Shown here: positions 54,133 to 63,797 of the stretch, piece by piece | Position numbering within the stretch: position 1 is the stretch's first letter | Layout: each line of letters opens with the position of its first letter | Assembly: GCA_903832205.1 (NCBI GenBank) | Contig: CAILAH010000038.1 | Span: forward strand, 4,456-68,455 | Origin: an uncultured Candidatus Micrarchaeota archaeon | GTDB lineage: Archaea; Micrarchaeota; Micrarchaeia; CAILAH01 | DNA length: 64,000 nt | Direction of reading: 5' to 3' | The notes under the pieces: model-generated | Seen by the model: the letters and a program-made list of their open reading frames with translations, nothing else | What the model was told of the DNA's origin: nothing | Databases searched by the model: none | Program-made: the position numbers and the translations under genes

Positions 54133-54954
54133 ATGATGGCTGTAGAGAGAAAATTTATTGAGGATTCGATTCTGAGATTCAGGATTGCAGAGTTCATGAA
54201 GAAGCAGCTGGAGCGCGCGGGTTTCTCGAACCTGAGCATCCAGAAGACGCCGCTCCTCACGCTCATCAACGCGGAGGTTACGAACCCGGGCAGGGTCATC
54301 GGGCGCAAGGGAAAGACCATTAACGAGATTACAGATAAGCTGAGGACCGAGTTCCACCTTGAGAACCCAAAGATTAACATTTCCGTAGTCAACAAGCCGG
54401 ACCTGGAGCCGCAGGTGGTTGCCAGGAGGCTCGTAAAGCTGATTGAGATGGGAAAGAACCCGCGCAGGATGATGCACTCAATGGTCAAATCAATCATGGA
54501 AGCGGGCGCGGTCGGCTGTGAAATCAGGGTCAGCGGAAAGCTGGTCGCAAAGGGAGGCCGTGCAAAGTCATTCCGTGCAATCGCAGGCTATCTGCCCAAG
54601 GCGGGTGAGCCCGCAAGATGGGTGAAGAAGGCGCTGCTTACCGCATATCCGAAGCCCGGTGCAATTGGCATACAGGTCAGGATAGCACCGCCGGATGTCA
54701 AGTTCCCGGACAAGCATTCCGATGAGATTGAGCTCCCGAGCGTGATTCGCGCGACGGAAAAGTTCATTGACAGGGATGCGGTTGCTGCACAGGTGGCACT
54801 TGCAGCGCCTGTTGCGCTTGAAGCGCCACTGGCACAGGCTATTGCGCTCGAAGCGCCTGACGTTGAAGAGGCGCAGGCACCAGTCGTAGGGCAGAAAGAG
54901 GCGCCCAAGCCCAGGAAGGAGAAAAAGGCGCCGAAGAAAAAAGAGGGTGAATAA
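54133..54954 (+). CDS. rps3: Ribosomal protein uS3 with A/E/P/K-rich C-terminal extension
   Basis: KH domain (LINAEVTNPGRVIGRKGKTINEI) and the S3 C-terminal domain, followed by a roughly 60-aa repetitive tail (ALAAPVALEAPLAQAIALEAP…). Confidence 0.9.
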   Translation: MMAVERKFIEDSILRFRIAEFMKKQLERAGFSNLSIQKTPLLTLINAEVTNPGRVIGRKGKTINEITDKLRTEFHLENPKINISVVNKPDLEPQVVARRLVKLIEMGKNPRRMMHSMVKSIMEAGAVGCEIRVSGKLVAKGGRAKSFRAIAGYLPKAGEPARWVKKALLTAYPKPGAIGIQVRIAPPDVKFPDKHSDEIELPSVIRATEKFIDRDAVAAQVALAAPVALEAPLAQAIALEAPDVEEAQAPVVGQKEAPKPRKEKKAPKKKEGE

Positions 54955-54956
54955 TC

Positions 54957-55160
54957 ATGGCAGTCCTTCGCATTAAGGAAATAAGGGATATGGACGACAA
55001 GACTCTGAAGGAGAAAGTGTACCAGCTGCAGGCGGAGCTTGTGAAGGAGAATTCCACATCCCGCAGGAGCGGAAAGAATATAAATACAGGGCGCATAAAT
55101 GAATTGAGGAAAGCCATTGCGAGGCTTTTGACAGTTTTGAAAGAACGGGGTGCAAGTTAA
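54957..55160 (+). CDS. rpl29: Ribosomal protein uL29
   Basis: LRIKEIRDMDDKTLKEKVYQLQAELVKE L29 coiled-coil signature. Confidence 0.85.
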   Translation: MAVLRIKEIRDMDDKTLKEKVYQLQAELVKENSTSRRSGKNINTGRINELRKAIARLLTVLKERGAS

Positions 55161-55162
55161 AG

Positions 55163-55468
55163 ATGGCTGGTATATGTCCGAAATGCGGTTTGCCAATGGA
55201 TATCTGCGTTTGCGATACCCTAGAGAAAGAAATTCCCCATCAAATTAAGATTTACGTTGATAAGAAGCGTTTCGGAAAGCTTGTCACTATTGTTGAGGGC
55301 CTTGACGCCAAGGAGCTTGACAAGATTGCCAAGGACCTGAAGCATATGCTGTCAACCGGCGGGACATCCAAGAACGGCATTATCCTTTTGCAGGGCAACC
55401 ACAAGGAGCACGTCAAGACCGCTTTGCTCAAGCTTGGCTTCAAGGAAGAGCACATCTCGATGAGATAA
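55163..55468 (+). CDS. sui1: Translation initiation factor aSUI1/eIF1
   Basis: N-terminal CPKCGLPMDICVC Zn-knuckle, then IKIYVDKKRFGKLVTIVEGL SUI1 fold. Confidence 0.85.
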   Translation: MAGICPKCGLPMDICVCDTLEKEIPHQIKIYVDKKRFGKLVTIVEGLDAKELDKIAKDLKHMLSTGGTSKNGIILLQGNHKEHVKTALLKLGFKEEHISMR

Positions 55469-55503
55469 ATTTTTGATTAGTGCTTAATTTTGGGTGCTGA
55501 TTC

Positions 55504-55785
55504 ATGATTACGAAAAAGAACCTAATTGTCCACGAGCTTATCGGGCTTAAGATTAAGGTTGCATCAAGCGATTCAAAGCCCTATGTCGGGATTGAGGGCG
55601 TTGTCTTGGATGAGTCCCTGAACACGTTCGTTATAGAGTGCAAGGACGGGAAAACGAAGAGGGTGCCCAAGGGCAATTGCGTTTTTGAGTTCATACTCCC
55701 AACTGGCGAAAAAGTTAAAGTGAAGGGCGAAGAGCTCGTCAATCTCCCAGAAAACAGATTGAAGCGCGGAATACATAAGATCTAA
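55504..55785 (+). CDS. rnp1: RNase P protein component 1 (Rpp29/Pop4)
   Basis: LIGLKIKVASSDSKPYVGIEGVVLDESLNTFVIE matches the Rpp29 Sm-like barrel; conserved operon position after SUI1. Confidence 0.8.
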   Translation: MITKKNLIVHELIGLKIKVASSDSKPYVGIEGVVLDESLNTFVIECKDGKTKRVPKGNCVFEFILPTGEKVKVKGEELVNLPENRLKRGIHKI

Positions 55786-55789
55786 TGCC

Positions 55790-56203
55790 TTATTTTGGTT
55801 TGAACTTTTTACTTACCTCTTTCAAGCTCGCGCCAACTATAACTTTCCAGTAAAATATCGCTACCAAGATCGCAATTACAAACACTATAATGGCCATGTA
55901 TATTTGGCTATAAATCAAAAGCACAGAAGTTGCGATTAGGCAAGCACATATAACTATCCTGATAATAAAGCGAGTAAGACCAGATTTGAAATTGTTTGAT
56001 ACTGCCTTCCATATAACACCTAATAAAAGTATTAAGTACAGCGGCAATGTAATCCAGCCAATTAACGGTGCAAACGGAGAAAGATCCATGATATATTCAT
56101 CGCCGCATGTATTTTTATTTGTGTATTTAGTCGTTTCCAGAAAAGTCGCTAATCTTTTTAGGCCATTTTCTAACAGTAGTTTCCCCATCAAGCAATATCT
56201 CAA
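55790..56203 (-). CDS. Small membrane protein (3-4 TM), hypothetical
   Basis: Hydrophobic helices; no motif. Confidence 0.3.
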   Translation of the reverse strand: MRYCLMGKLLLENGLKRLATFLETTKYTNKNTCGDEYIMDLSPFAPLIGWITLPLYLILLLGVIWKAVSNNFKSGLTRFIIRIVICACLIATSVLLIYSQIYMAIIVFVIAILVAIFYWKVIVGASLKEVSKKFKPK

Positions 56204-58814
56204 GCGTTATGAAGTCATCATCCCAGCTTACTTTTACGGTTGGCTTAATGTTCTCCGTTCTCACGGGCCTTATCCCCAGTTTTGGATAGCTGTCGTTCAA
56301 GTGGAATTTTCCGTCCCAGCATGGCTGTGCAAGAAGATGTATGTATGACCTGCAGGGTATCACTATGTCAGCATCGGGCTCCCAGTATCTCCAAAGCTCC
56401 CTGTTGCCGTACTCGTTCGGCGGCCTCACCGATTTTGGAATTCCCGTTTGCCTGTCAATATCCTTAGGGTGTACGAGCCCCGGCTTTCCTGGAGGCACAA
56501 TGACATTTCTCTCAATTCCAGAGAGGTCATCTAGCGGATGGTCAATAAGCACGTTGTGGTTCTTAATCACGCTGTCAAAAAACTCAACGAAATTCGAGCC
56601 CTGCATGCTGGCAGACATCTGCGTGTCATACGCCAGCTCCGCATCATCAAGAACTTTCCAGTATTCCGATATGCTGAGCATCCCAAGACCAAGGCGCTCA
56701 GCAAGCCTTTTTGCCTCAACATATCTTATCCTGTTTATCCTTCTCTCATTATCTTGGCTCAGCTCCATGCCGATGCCAGAAGCAGCTTTCTGGGAATCTT
56801 TTGTTGTTTTCAGGAAATCCCTTCCCACCCACTGATTTATTGACGGCGCGTAGAAATACTGATTGAATGCGGAAACCACTGCCTCAATGACCGGTGCGGT
56901 TTTTTTGCGTGAAAGCTGCATACCGTTCCCCCAGAACTCGATGTAATCCGGCCCGTGCCTAATCTGGCTGTCGGGGAACTCAAACCTAATAATGCCCTCA
57001 AGCACTTTCGTTGCTGCACTGATAAATTCTGCGGATGCCGTTTTATTGAAGAATAGGTACACGCACTCCCTGTTGACCGTCTCGTTATCATCGTTATAAT
57101 CAGTAACCTTCAGCAGCGTAAGCGGCAGGTTCTTTTTCCTGTTGTTAATCTGTGCAAATATCTTGATATCCCCGAGAAGGGTGCTCTTGCATACCTTGCC
57201 ATCGCGTGTAAATGCATCCTTTAGCTTCGCGACGGCAAAGCCAAATCCCCAGTCTTCCTTGTAATCGCGTTTGAAAAGGAACTCTGAGTCATCCGTATTT
57301 AACAGGCTTAACATGAGGCTCTGGTATAATTCATCATCATGTGCCACGCCCGCATCCGCCTTCAAGCGGTCCATTATTGCCAAATCAACCGTGGTCATTT
57401 TGTGCTGCACGCGGTTCTCCGTGTCCATTAGCGTGGCGCCGTAAATTATCCTTGCGGTCTCCCGCGGGATGGGAATCCCCATGCCCAGGCATTTTCTTGT
57501 TACAAGCGCGGCACAGGAGCCGGTCATCTCAAGCGTCTTTGGGATGTCCCTGTTTTTCGCAATCTCGGAAACGATGTGGTGGTCAATAATCTGTATGAAA
57601 TATCTCTGCACTTCGGGCTCGACGTTCTGGTCCACTGAAATCCATCTTGCAAGGCCTGAGTTTTTTGCCCTTTCATAGTATGGGTCTTCCGTAATCACGA
57701 TTAAATCGGTAATAGGACCCAGCAGCTGCCTCACCTCATCCGGTATGCGCCAGCTCTGAACTACCGGAATGTACACTGTGCTGGGATCGCGCAGGCTGTT
57801 CCGCCATGCTTCAATAAGAGAAGAGACAATGGTATCCGTATCAGGATTCTTATGCCCCATGACGAAGACGATATCTTTGCCTTTAGAAAGCGCATCCATT
57901 AGGCTATATCTTGAGCCTGAAACAAATTTCACAAAATCATCATGCGAAGTTTCCTGTGGTTTGCACAACACCCTGCTCGCGGAAGATGTGTCATAGGCAA
58001 ATGACATTTCGCCCAGGACGTCGAAGAACTTCTCACGGAGCTTGCACACCTCGCTGTCGTTGCCTGTGAAGAGATATCCGTGCTTAGTAATAAATCCGAT
58101 AATTCGCGGGTCTTTTGTGGCAGTAAGGCTTCTTGCCTCCTCAAGAATGGCTGCATCAATCACCTGGCTTAGCGGTGATGCGCGCGCTTCACGCATCATC
58201 AGGAGCGGCTGCTGTGAATCCACAGGAATCCCCAGGTCGAGCGAGGGCATGCCGACCGAAGTGACATATCCCCTTATGGGCGCACATGCACCAAGTTTTG
58301 TCACGCTGAGGTCGGGCGACCAGTATTTCCATGATGCGCTGTGCCTGCCGCGGTCACTATCCGCACTGATGGGCTCGCCGGTTTCATAATTAATGTTGCC
58401 TTCAGGATTGAACCAACCCGGCCTTCCATATGGGAAGCTGTTTTTTAAAATCCTGCCGGAGTACTTATACTTACTGACTATTTCAGGGTTGTCAATGTAG
58501 CCTTCAGGAACATAGACCCTGTTCAGCCATTCAGTATACCTATCCGAAACGAGTTGGGCGACCATCTCCCCGTCGTTTGCCTCATTCGCATCCCTGAACA
58601 CTTTCCAGAATTCAATTGGGCTAAGAATTGCAGAGCCCAGCGCACCGATAAGCATCTTAGCATTATCAAAATCAATATTGTTTATTCTTCCCTCGTCATC
58701 CCATGCTAATTTCATCTTCTGCTTGTCCGCCGCTTCCTTAATCCTGGAGTTGATGCTCAGCGGCTTTCTCGCAACGTAAAGCCCGGTGCTCTTGCTGAAG
58801 AAGAAGTCACCCAT
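56127..58814 (-). CDS. Large (about 900 aa) DHH/DHHA1-family phosphoesterase with homologous N- and C-terminal extra domains
   Basis: DHH motifs VFVMGHKNPDTDTIVSSL and IIDHH. N-terminal and C-terminal regions both contain W(K/R)YW(S/E)PD… segments. Start trimmed to Met28 to limit overlap with ndk. Confidence 0.55.
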   Translation of the reverse strand: MGDFFFSKSTGLYVARKPLSINSRIKEAADKQKMKLAWDDEGRINNIDFDNAKMLIGALGSAILSPIEFWKVFRDANEANDGEMVAQLVSDRYTEWLNRVYVPEGYIDNPEIVSKYKYSGRILKNSFPYGRPGWFNPEGNINYETGEPISADSDRGRHSASWKYWSPDLSVTKLGACAPIRGYVTSVGMPSLDLGIPVDSQQPLLMMREARASPLSQVIDAAILEEARSLTATKDPRIIGFITKHGYLFTGNDSEVCKLREKFFDVLGEMSFAYDTSSASRVLCKPQETSHDDFVKFVSGSRYSLMDALSKGKDIVFVMGHKNPDTDTIVSSLIEAWRNSLRDPSTVYIPVVQSWRIPDEVRQLLGPITDLIVITEDPYYERAKNSGLARWISVDQNVEPEVQRYFIQIIDHHIVSEIAKNRDIPKTLEMTGSCAALVTRKCLGMGIPIPRETARIIYGATLMDTENRVQHKMTTVDLAIMDRLKADAGVAHDDELYQSLMLSLLNTDDSEFLFKRDYKEDWGFGFAVAKLKDAFTRDGKVCKSTLLGDIKIFAQINNRKKNLPLTLLKVTDYNDDNETVNRECVYLFFNKTASAEFISAATKVLEGIIRFEFPDSQIRHGPDYIEFWGNGMQLSRKKTAPVIEAVVSAFNQYFYAPSINQWVGRDFLKTTKDSQKAASGIGMELSQDNERRINRIRYVEAKRLAERLGLGMLSISEYWKVLDDAELAYDTQMSASMQGSNFVEFFDSVIKNHNVLIDHPLDDLSGIERNVIVPPGKPGLVHPKDIDRQTGIPKSVRPPNEYGNRELWRYWEPDADIVIPCRSYIHLLAQPCWDGKFHLNDSYPKLGIRPVRTENIKPTVKVSWDDDFITLEILLDGETTVRKWPKKISDFSGND

Positions 58815-59268
58815 GCATATCACTCCCGAAGAATGCAGCAATGTCCCTTGCAGCTTCCCCTTTGCTGTCCGCCGCGTGGAACACGTTGAGCGCAATCTTT
58901 CCTTCCTTGATTAATCTGTTATAGTCCTGGTCTTTTGCATAATCGCCGCGGATGGTGCCAGGCGGTGAATCCGCCGCATTGGATGCGCCCCTAATTTCTA
59001 GAAGCATTCTTAGTGCATCCTCGCCGCCCACAATTAAAGCCATTGACTGATTATTGGTCAGGTAATTTCTCATCAGTGGGTAGAGATGCGGGACTTTGCC
59101 TTTAACGTGACCGTAGAGCAATTCAAACTGCAATTCATTCATGACAAAAATACGCTTCTCCTCTACTAAGAGGCCTTTTGCGGCAATCCTCCTCAATATT
59201 TCTGTTGCCAGCTTTCTCTGCAGGCCTTCCGGTTTAATGAGCCCAAATGTCTGCAAACTCGTTCCCAT
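58807..59268 (-). CDS. ndk: Nucleoside diphosphate kinase (divergent)
   Basis: …FGLIKPEG…, NVFHAADS (active-site His region, canonical NxxHGSDS). 153 aa. Confidence 0.65.
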   Translation of the reverse strand: MGTSLQTFGLIKPEGLQRKLATEILRRIAAKGLLVEEKRIFVMNELQFELLYGHVKGKVPHLYPLMRNYLTNNQSMALIVGGEDALRMLLEIRGASNAADSPPGTIRGDYAKDQDYNRLIKEGKIALNVFHAADSKGEAARDIAAFFGSDMHG

Positions 59269-59336
59269 AATGGCTTACCCTTTTAATCGGGAAATGTAGG
59301 TATTTGAACCTTTCGATTGGCACTTTTTCCGGCATT

Positions 59337-60185
59337 TCACAGGCTATCGTAATACTTCTTCGCCTTTAGCGCATCTACTTCAATGTTTGGGCTCTCGCAT
59401 ATGGCGATTCCCTCAATCTTGTAATCCTTCCACGCCTTTACCATGTCGCGCCAGAGGAATAGCGGCTTGCCCCTGGGGCTCTTCTCATCAAAAATAAGAT
59501 GGTTCCTCTCGCCCTTGTCGCTGTATTCTATGCCTGCAAAATGTATGTGCATATTCTGGAGCCCCTCTTTTCCCAATCCCTTCTCAATCTTGCCCAGCAA
59601 TTCGCAGAATGCATCATAGCCATTCTTCGTCCCGTTGTGCAGCGCAACATAATGCGCAAAATCCACGCAGGGCAAGACGCCCTCAAGCTCAGCGCACATA
59701 TTCACAAGGTCATCAATATCGGCGAATTGGGAGGCCCTGCCCATCAGTTCAGGCCTAAGAAAAACGTCATCATATCCCTTGTTCACCAATTCCTTTCTCA
59801 GAATCTTGTACTGCTCTTTCACCCGTTCAAAAACTTCGCGAGTATCCATCTTCAAGTAATACGCTGAGTGTATCACAACGGACCTTGCTCCCGCAAAATG
59901 CGCCATTCTGGCACTACTAATTATCCTCTTATGGCTGGCCTCAAGCGTTACCCTATCGGGGCTGTTAAGATTGATGAAATAGGGCGCGTGCGCGCTCAGT
60001 GCGACCTTCTCCTTTTTTGCGAGCGTGCCAATCGCCTCGGCATCCTTTTCATGCTTAATGTAGACCTGCCTAACGAACTCAAGCTCCATCGCATCAAGCC
60101 CGAGCTTCCTTACCTGCAAAATTCCTGCCAGCGTATCGCGTGTTTCAGTTGAAAGCGGCACACCTGCCGTCCCTATGCGAAGCAT
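59337..60185 (-). CDS. nfo: Endonuclease IV-like AP endonuclease (xylose-isomerase TIM barrel)
   Basis: …LSAHAPYFINLNSPD… (EndoIV HAPYLINLAS motif), VVIHSAYY, DFAHY metal-ligand motifs. Confidence 0.65.
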   Translation of the reverse strand: MLRIGTAGVPLSTETRDTLAGILQVRKLGLDAMELEFVRQVYIKHEKDAEAIGTLAKKEKVALSAHAPYFINLNSPDRVTLEASHKRIISSARMAHFAGARSVVIHSAYYLKMDTREVFERVKEQYKILRKELVNKGYDDVFLRPELMGRASQFADIDDLVNMCAELEGVLPCVDFAHYVALHNGTKNGYDAFCELLGKIEKGLGKEGLQNMHIHFAGIEYSDKGERNHLIFDEKSPRGKPLFLWRDMVKAWKDYKIEGIAICESPNIEVDALKAKKYYDSL

Positions 60186-60246
60186 AATCCCACGTCATAT
60201 ACTTCCATCACAAACTATATATATAATCCTGGGCTAATTTTATCTT

Positions 60247-60771
60247 ATGAAGATTTATACTCGAACCGGTGATTCCGGTGAAACTTCCATATTCGGTGGT
60301 GCGCGCGTGCGCAAGAACACGCCGCTCATTGCCGCCTATGGCACGCTTGATGAGCTGAGCTCTTACCTTGGCATGTGCAGGACGCACTGCGAGGATAATA
60401 AGGAGTTCCACGATTTGCTCAAAGAGGTGCAGCACGATTTGTACATGATTGGCAGCCATCTCGCGGGCGCAGAGGACTGCATTCCCGAGGCCCGCATAAC
60501 CGCGCTTGAAAACGCCATAGACAAGTATGAGGCGCAGCTTCCGGAGCTGCACGCATTCATTCTTCCATGCGGCACAAGGCTTTCAACACATCTGCACGTT
60601 GGGCGCTCGGTATGCAGGCGCGCAGAAAGGAAGGTTGCGACCATATTTGAGAATGAGGGCTCGTTCCACACGGAGCTCAAGTACCTCAACAGGCTCTCCG
60701 ACCTCCTGTTCATACTGGCAAGATACTCAAACAAAATTGCCGAGAGAAAAGAGGAGCACGCGACACGCTGA
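60247..60771 (+). CDS. ATP:cob(I)alamin adenosyltransferase, PduO/MMAB type
   Basis: MKIYTRTGDSGETSIFGG… hallmark N-terminus; 174 aa. Confidence 0.85.
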   Translation: MKIYTRTGDSGETSIFGGARVRKNTPLIAAYGTLDELSSYLGMCRTHCEDNKEFHDLLKEVQHDLYMIGSHLAGAEDCIPEARITALENAIDKYEAQLPELHAFILPCGTRLSTHLHVGRSVCRRAERKVATIFENEGSFHTELKYLNRLSDLLFILARYSNKIAERKEEHATR

Positions 60772-60797
60772 TTTTTATTCTTTCTCCTTTTACCTTA

Positions 60798-61592
60798 TTG
60801 CAGATGGACTACTTAACGGCAATCGTTCTTGGCATTATTCAGGGCATATTCGAGTGGATACCAGTAAGTTCTGAAGGAATGGTGACGCTTGCTGGCAAAT
60901 TCTTTTTCGGGATGCAATACCAGGATGCGCTCGCAATGGCCATCTGGCTGCACACTGGAACGCTTATAGCCGCATTGATTTACTTCAGAAATGACCTAAT
61001 TGATATCGTGAAGAGCATTTACACAAAGGATGCGAATAGGGACCTCCTTGTATTCCTCGTCATAACAACGATTGCATCTGCAGTCACCGCTTTGCCGCTC
61101 ATTATGCTCGCTTTCACAAAGGAGGCAGCGCTTGTTCCCGAGTATGCGTTCACAATTCTTATCGGATTATTCCTAATAGTGATCGCATTCCTGCAGAAGG
61201 GCCAGAAAGAGGGCAAGGAGCAGAGGCCCACGCCGTTGAATGCGCTCATTGCCGGCCTGGTGCAGGGCATTTCCGTGCTTCCAGGATTGAGCCGCTCCGG
61301 CCTCACTCTTGCAACGCTAATGGCGGAGAAATACCACATCGCATCCGCACTGCGCCTTAGCTTTCTCATGGCCATTCCAGTAACTTTTGGAGTGCAATTT
61401 GTGCTCCCGCTCGTTAAGAATGATTTTGCAGTTACTGCGCCGATGCTTGCAGGCACGGCTGTTGCTGCAGTTGTCGGGCTTATCACAATTAGCTGGCTTC
61501 TTGATATTGTGAGAAGGACGAACTTCCACAAGGCAACGCTTATTCTCGGAATTATTATCGTCATTGCAGGCATTCTCTACGCACTGGTATAA
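60798..61592 (+). CDS. uppP: Undecaprenyl-diphosphatase (BacA/UppP)
   Basis: IVLGIIQGIFEWIPVSSEGM and GLSRSG motifs; 8 TM; 264 aa. Confidence 0.85.
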   Translation: MQMDYLTAIVLGIIQGIFEWIPVSSEGMVTLAGKFFFGMQYQDALAMAIWLHTGTLIAALIYFRNDLIDIVKSIYTKDANRDLLVFLVITTIASAVTALPLIMLAFTKEAALVPEYAFTILIGLFLIVIAFLQKGQKEGKEQRPTPLNALIAGLVQGISVLPGLSRSGLTLATLMAEKYHIASALRLSFLMAIPVTFGVQFVLPLVKNDFAVTAPMLAGTAVAAVVGLITISWLLDIVRRTNFHKATLILGIIIVIAGILYALV

Positions 61593-61640
61593 TCGAAACG
61601 TTTTTATTCGGGCTAAAAGAGAGATTACCTGAGAATTAAC

Positions 61641-62654
61641 ATGTCACAGGTATATTTGCCCACAAGGAAGATTGTTCTAGTGTCGGGTTTTGAGGAGACG
61701 CTTACCGACAGGTCGTCACGGACCGCCTACTGCGCACTGCGCGCATATAAGACGCTGCTGGAGGAAAACCGTGTGAGTGGCACGGGTTTTATTAAGTCCA
61801 AGCTCGACATGGAAAAGTTCTGCGGCGAAAAGATGGCCGATGCATCATTTGTCAGGGCATTCATCCAGCTCTCGCGCATAGCGCTTGATGTCAGCGATTA
61901 CGTGCCACTTTGCATGACCATTGATTACGGGATGTCAATCGTTGCGGAATACCTGAAGGACACGAAAAATCCCTCTCATGTTGAGTTTTTCACAAGGAAA
62001 TTGCGCGAGGTTAGGCAGAAGCATTCACAGGCAGACCATCTTGGCGGCAATTACTACATGTATGAGGAAATGCTTTTTGACTCTTCAAGATGGCTCACCC
62101 TTTCAGAGCCTTACCTGAATATTATCGGCCAGCTGAGGCAGCTTAGGGAGCTTTATGTTGTGGATTCGGTAAGGCATGGGCACAGGAATGCCTATGAATT
62201 GTATTTTCTTAACGAGGAGAAGAAGGGCAGTGACTACAGGGCATTCAATTATGCGAAATCACTTGCCGCCAAGTCAATCCTAAAGCCAAGCGATGTAGGC
62301 GAGGCAAAATTATCCCGGCCTGCTGATGCCATGCAGATGCTTTTCATAAAGGAGCATCTGATTTATTGCTCGGATTTCGGCTGCGCAACAGATGAGCCTG
62401 CTGAATTGCTAAGAAGGCTTGCGCAGATTGCTGCAGCAGAAAAAGTTGTCCCCGAGCAGGTGTGGCTCCTTTCAAGCGGGTTCATTGACCGCAAGGGCCT
62501 ATTGCGCGCTGCGGGATTCACAAACCAGTTTTTCATTACATGTGATACTACAAATGCGTTCCTAAAGGACGCAACAAACAAAGGAATGATTTTGGTACAA
62601 CGGGGCGGCCTTGCAGAAAGGATAGATTACGAAGCAAAGCGCATGAAATTTTAG
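61641..62654 (+). CDS. Hypothetical cytoplasmic protein
   Basis: 337 aa; no motif recognised. Confidence 0.3.
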   Translation: MSQVYLPTRKIVLVSGFEETLTDRSSRTAYCALRAYKTLLEENRVSGTGFIKSKLDMEKFCGEKMADASFVRAFIQLSRIALDVSDYVPLCMTIDYGMSIVAEYLKDTKNPSHVEFFTRKLREVRQKHSQADHLGGNYYMYEEMLFDSSRWLTLSEPYLNIIGQLRQLRELYVVDSVRHGHRNAYELYFLNEEKKGSDYRAFNYAKSLAAKSILKPSDVGEAKLSRPADAMQMLFIKEHLIYCSDFGCATDEPAELLRRLAQIAAAEKVVPEQVWLLSSGFIDRKGLLRAAGFTNQFFITCDTTNAFLKDATNKGMILVQRGGLAERIDYEAKRMKF

Positions 62655-62681
62655 TTAGGGTTCTTTAGTGATTCAAAGAAT

Positions 62682-63797
62682 TTAGTTGGGATTTTTCAAT
62701 GATTCGAATTTTGAGTATTGCAGCCCGTAGGAGTTCCATACATTCTCTTCAAAGAGGTAGAGGTCGTCATCCGTAACCAAAATGTAAATTGGCAAATCAT
62801 ATCCCTGCGTATTCAGGTAAAGCTTGTCTGTTCCGTCCCCTGGATTGTAAACGTGCCCCATCACAAGCCCGCTCTGCGGCTCAACGGCAATCGAGCCGTT
62901 CAATTTTTCCAATACGGTGTCTCCGGGAGCTGTCTTGTTTGTGAACGCGAGAATGCAGTGGCCCTGAGCACCCATATCATAGCAAATCACCGTTGTATCA
63001 AGGTCGCCCTTCCTTCCTATCTTCACGTCGCGCGAGTTTGAATAGAAGTAGATGTTGCTTCCGTCTTCATAAATCTTGTAGTCCTCAGAGCCGCCATCCT
63101 CATATGCGCGAATCAGCTTGTTGTCGGATTTGCTGTTGATGTACGCCTTCATGAACAGGGACCAGTCCTCGCAGTCCCCGCCCTTCTCCGTAATGAAATC
63201 CTTAACAGGCTTTATCTGGTCGCCGTAATCCTGTATGTAATGGAAGTCCTCCTTCATGTTGAGCACGATTGGGATGCAAGGTATCTTAATGTCCGGGCCG
63301 CAGTACTCATCAAGCGGGTCCTCAATCTTGCTCACCTGCACGGGCTGCATAACTGCATTATCCCGAATCCACTGCCATTTTCCCATTAGCGTGGTCTCGA
63401 ACGCGTCAAGCTGGTTGCTTAGTGCAGTGGAGTAGTTCTCTAGGTTGACGTACTTGTCCTTCAGGTCAATGTACTTGGACTTGAACTGCGTAAAGTTGCC
63501 TTCTAGCGTGTTCACGGATTTGTTAAGTCCTGTAAGCTGCGATTGCTGCGAGCCGAGCTGCACTCCATATTCATCATGCTCTTTCTTGAGCTGGTCATAA
63601 TCCGAAAGATGCGTGTTGATTATTGTGCCGATGCTCGATACGGTTATCTTAAGCGCGTCAATGTCTTTTTGCGATTTGTTCAGTTTGTTTCCCAAGTCGA
63701 ATATCATAAATAGTGAAACTGCCAGAATAAGAACTAAAAATACATTCGCGGCAACCAAGCCGTAAATCAGCAGCCTATCCTGGGAAATCGCCATCAT
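62682..63797 (-). CDS. N-terminally membrane-anchored protein with coiled-coil and a C-terminal domain that may be transglutaminase-like
   Basis: TM LLIYGLVAANVFLVLILAVSLFMIF, then a coiled coil (…LKKEHDEYGVQLGSQQSQLTGLNKSVNTLEGNFTQFKSKYIDLKDKYVNLENY), then GGDCEDWSLFMKAY (possible catalytic Cys) followed by a His (QGHCILAF). Confidence 0.3.
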   Translation of the reverse strand: MMAISQDRLLIYGLVAANVFLVLILAVSLFMIFDLGNKLNKSQKDIDALKITVSSIGTIINTHLSDYDQLKKEHDEYGVQLGSQQSQLTGLNKSVNTLEGNFTQFKSKYIDLKDKYVNLENYSTALSNQLDAFETTLMGKWQWIRDNAVMQPVQVSKIEDPLDEYCGPDIKIPCIPIVLNMKEDFHYIQDYGDQIKPVKDFITEKGGDCEDWSLFMKAYINSKSDNKLIRAYEDGGSEDYKIYEDGSNIYFYSNSRDVKIGRKGDLDTTVICYDMGAQGHCILAFTNKTAPGDTVLEKLNGSIAVEPQSGLVMGHVYNPGDGTDKLYLNTQGYDLPIYILVTDDDLYLFEENVWNSYGLQYSKFESLKNPN

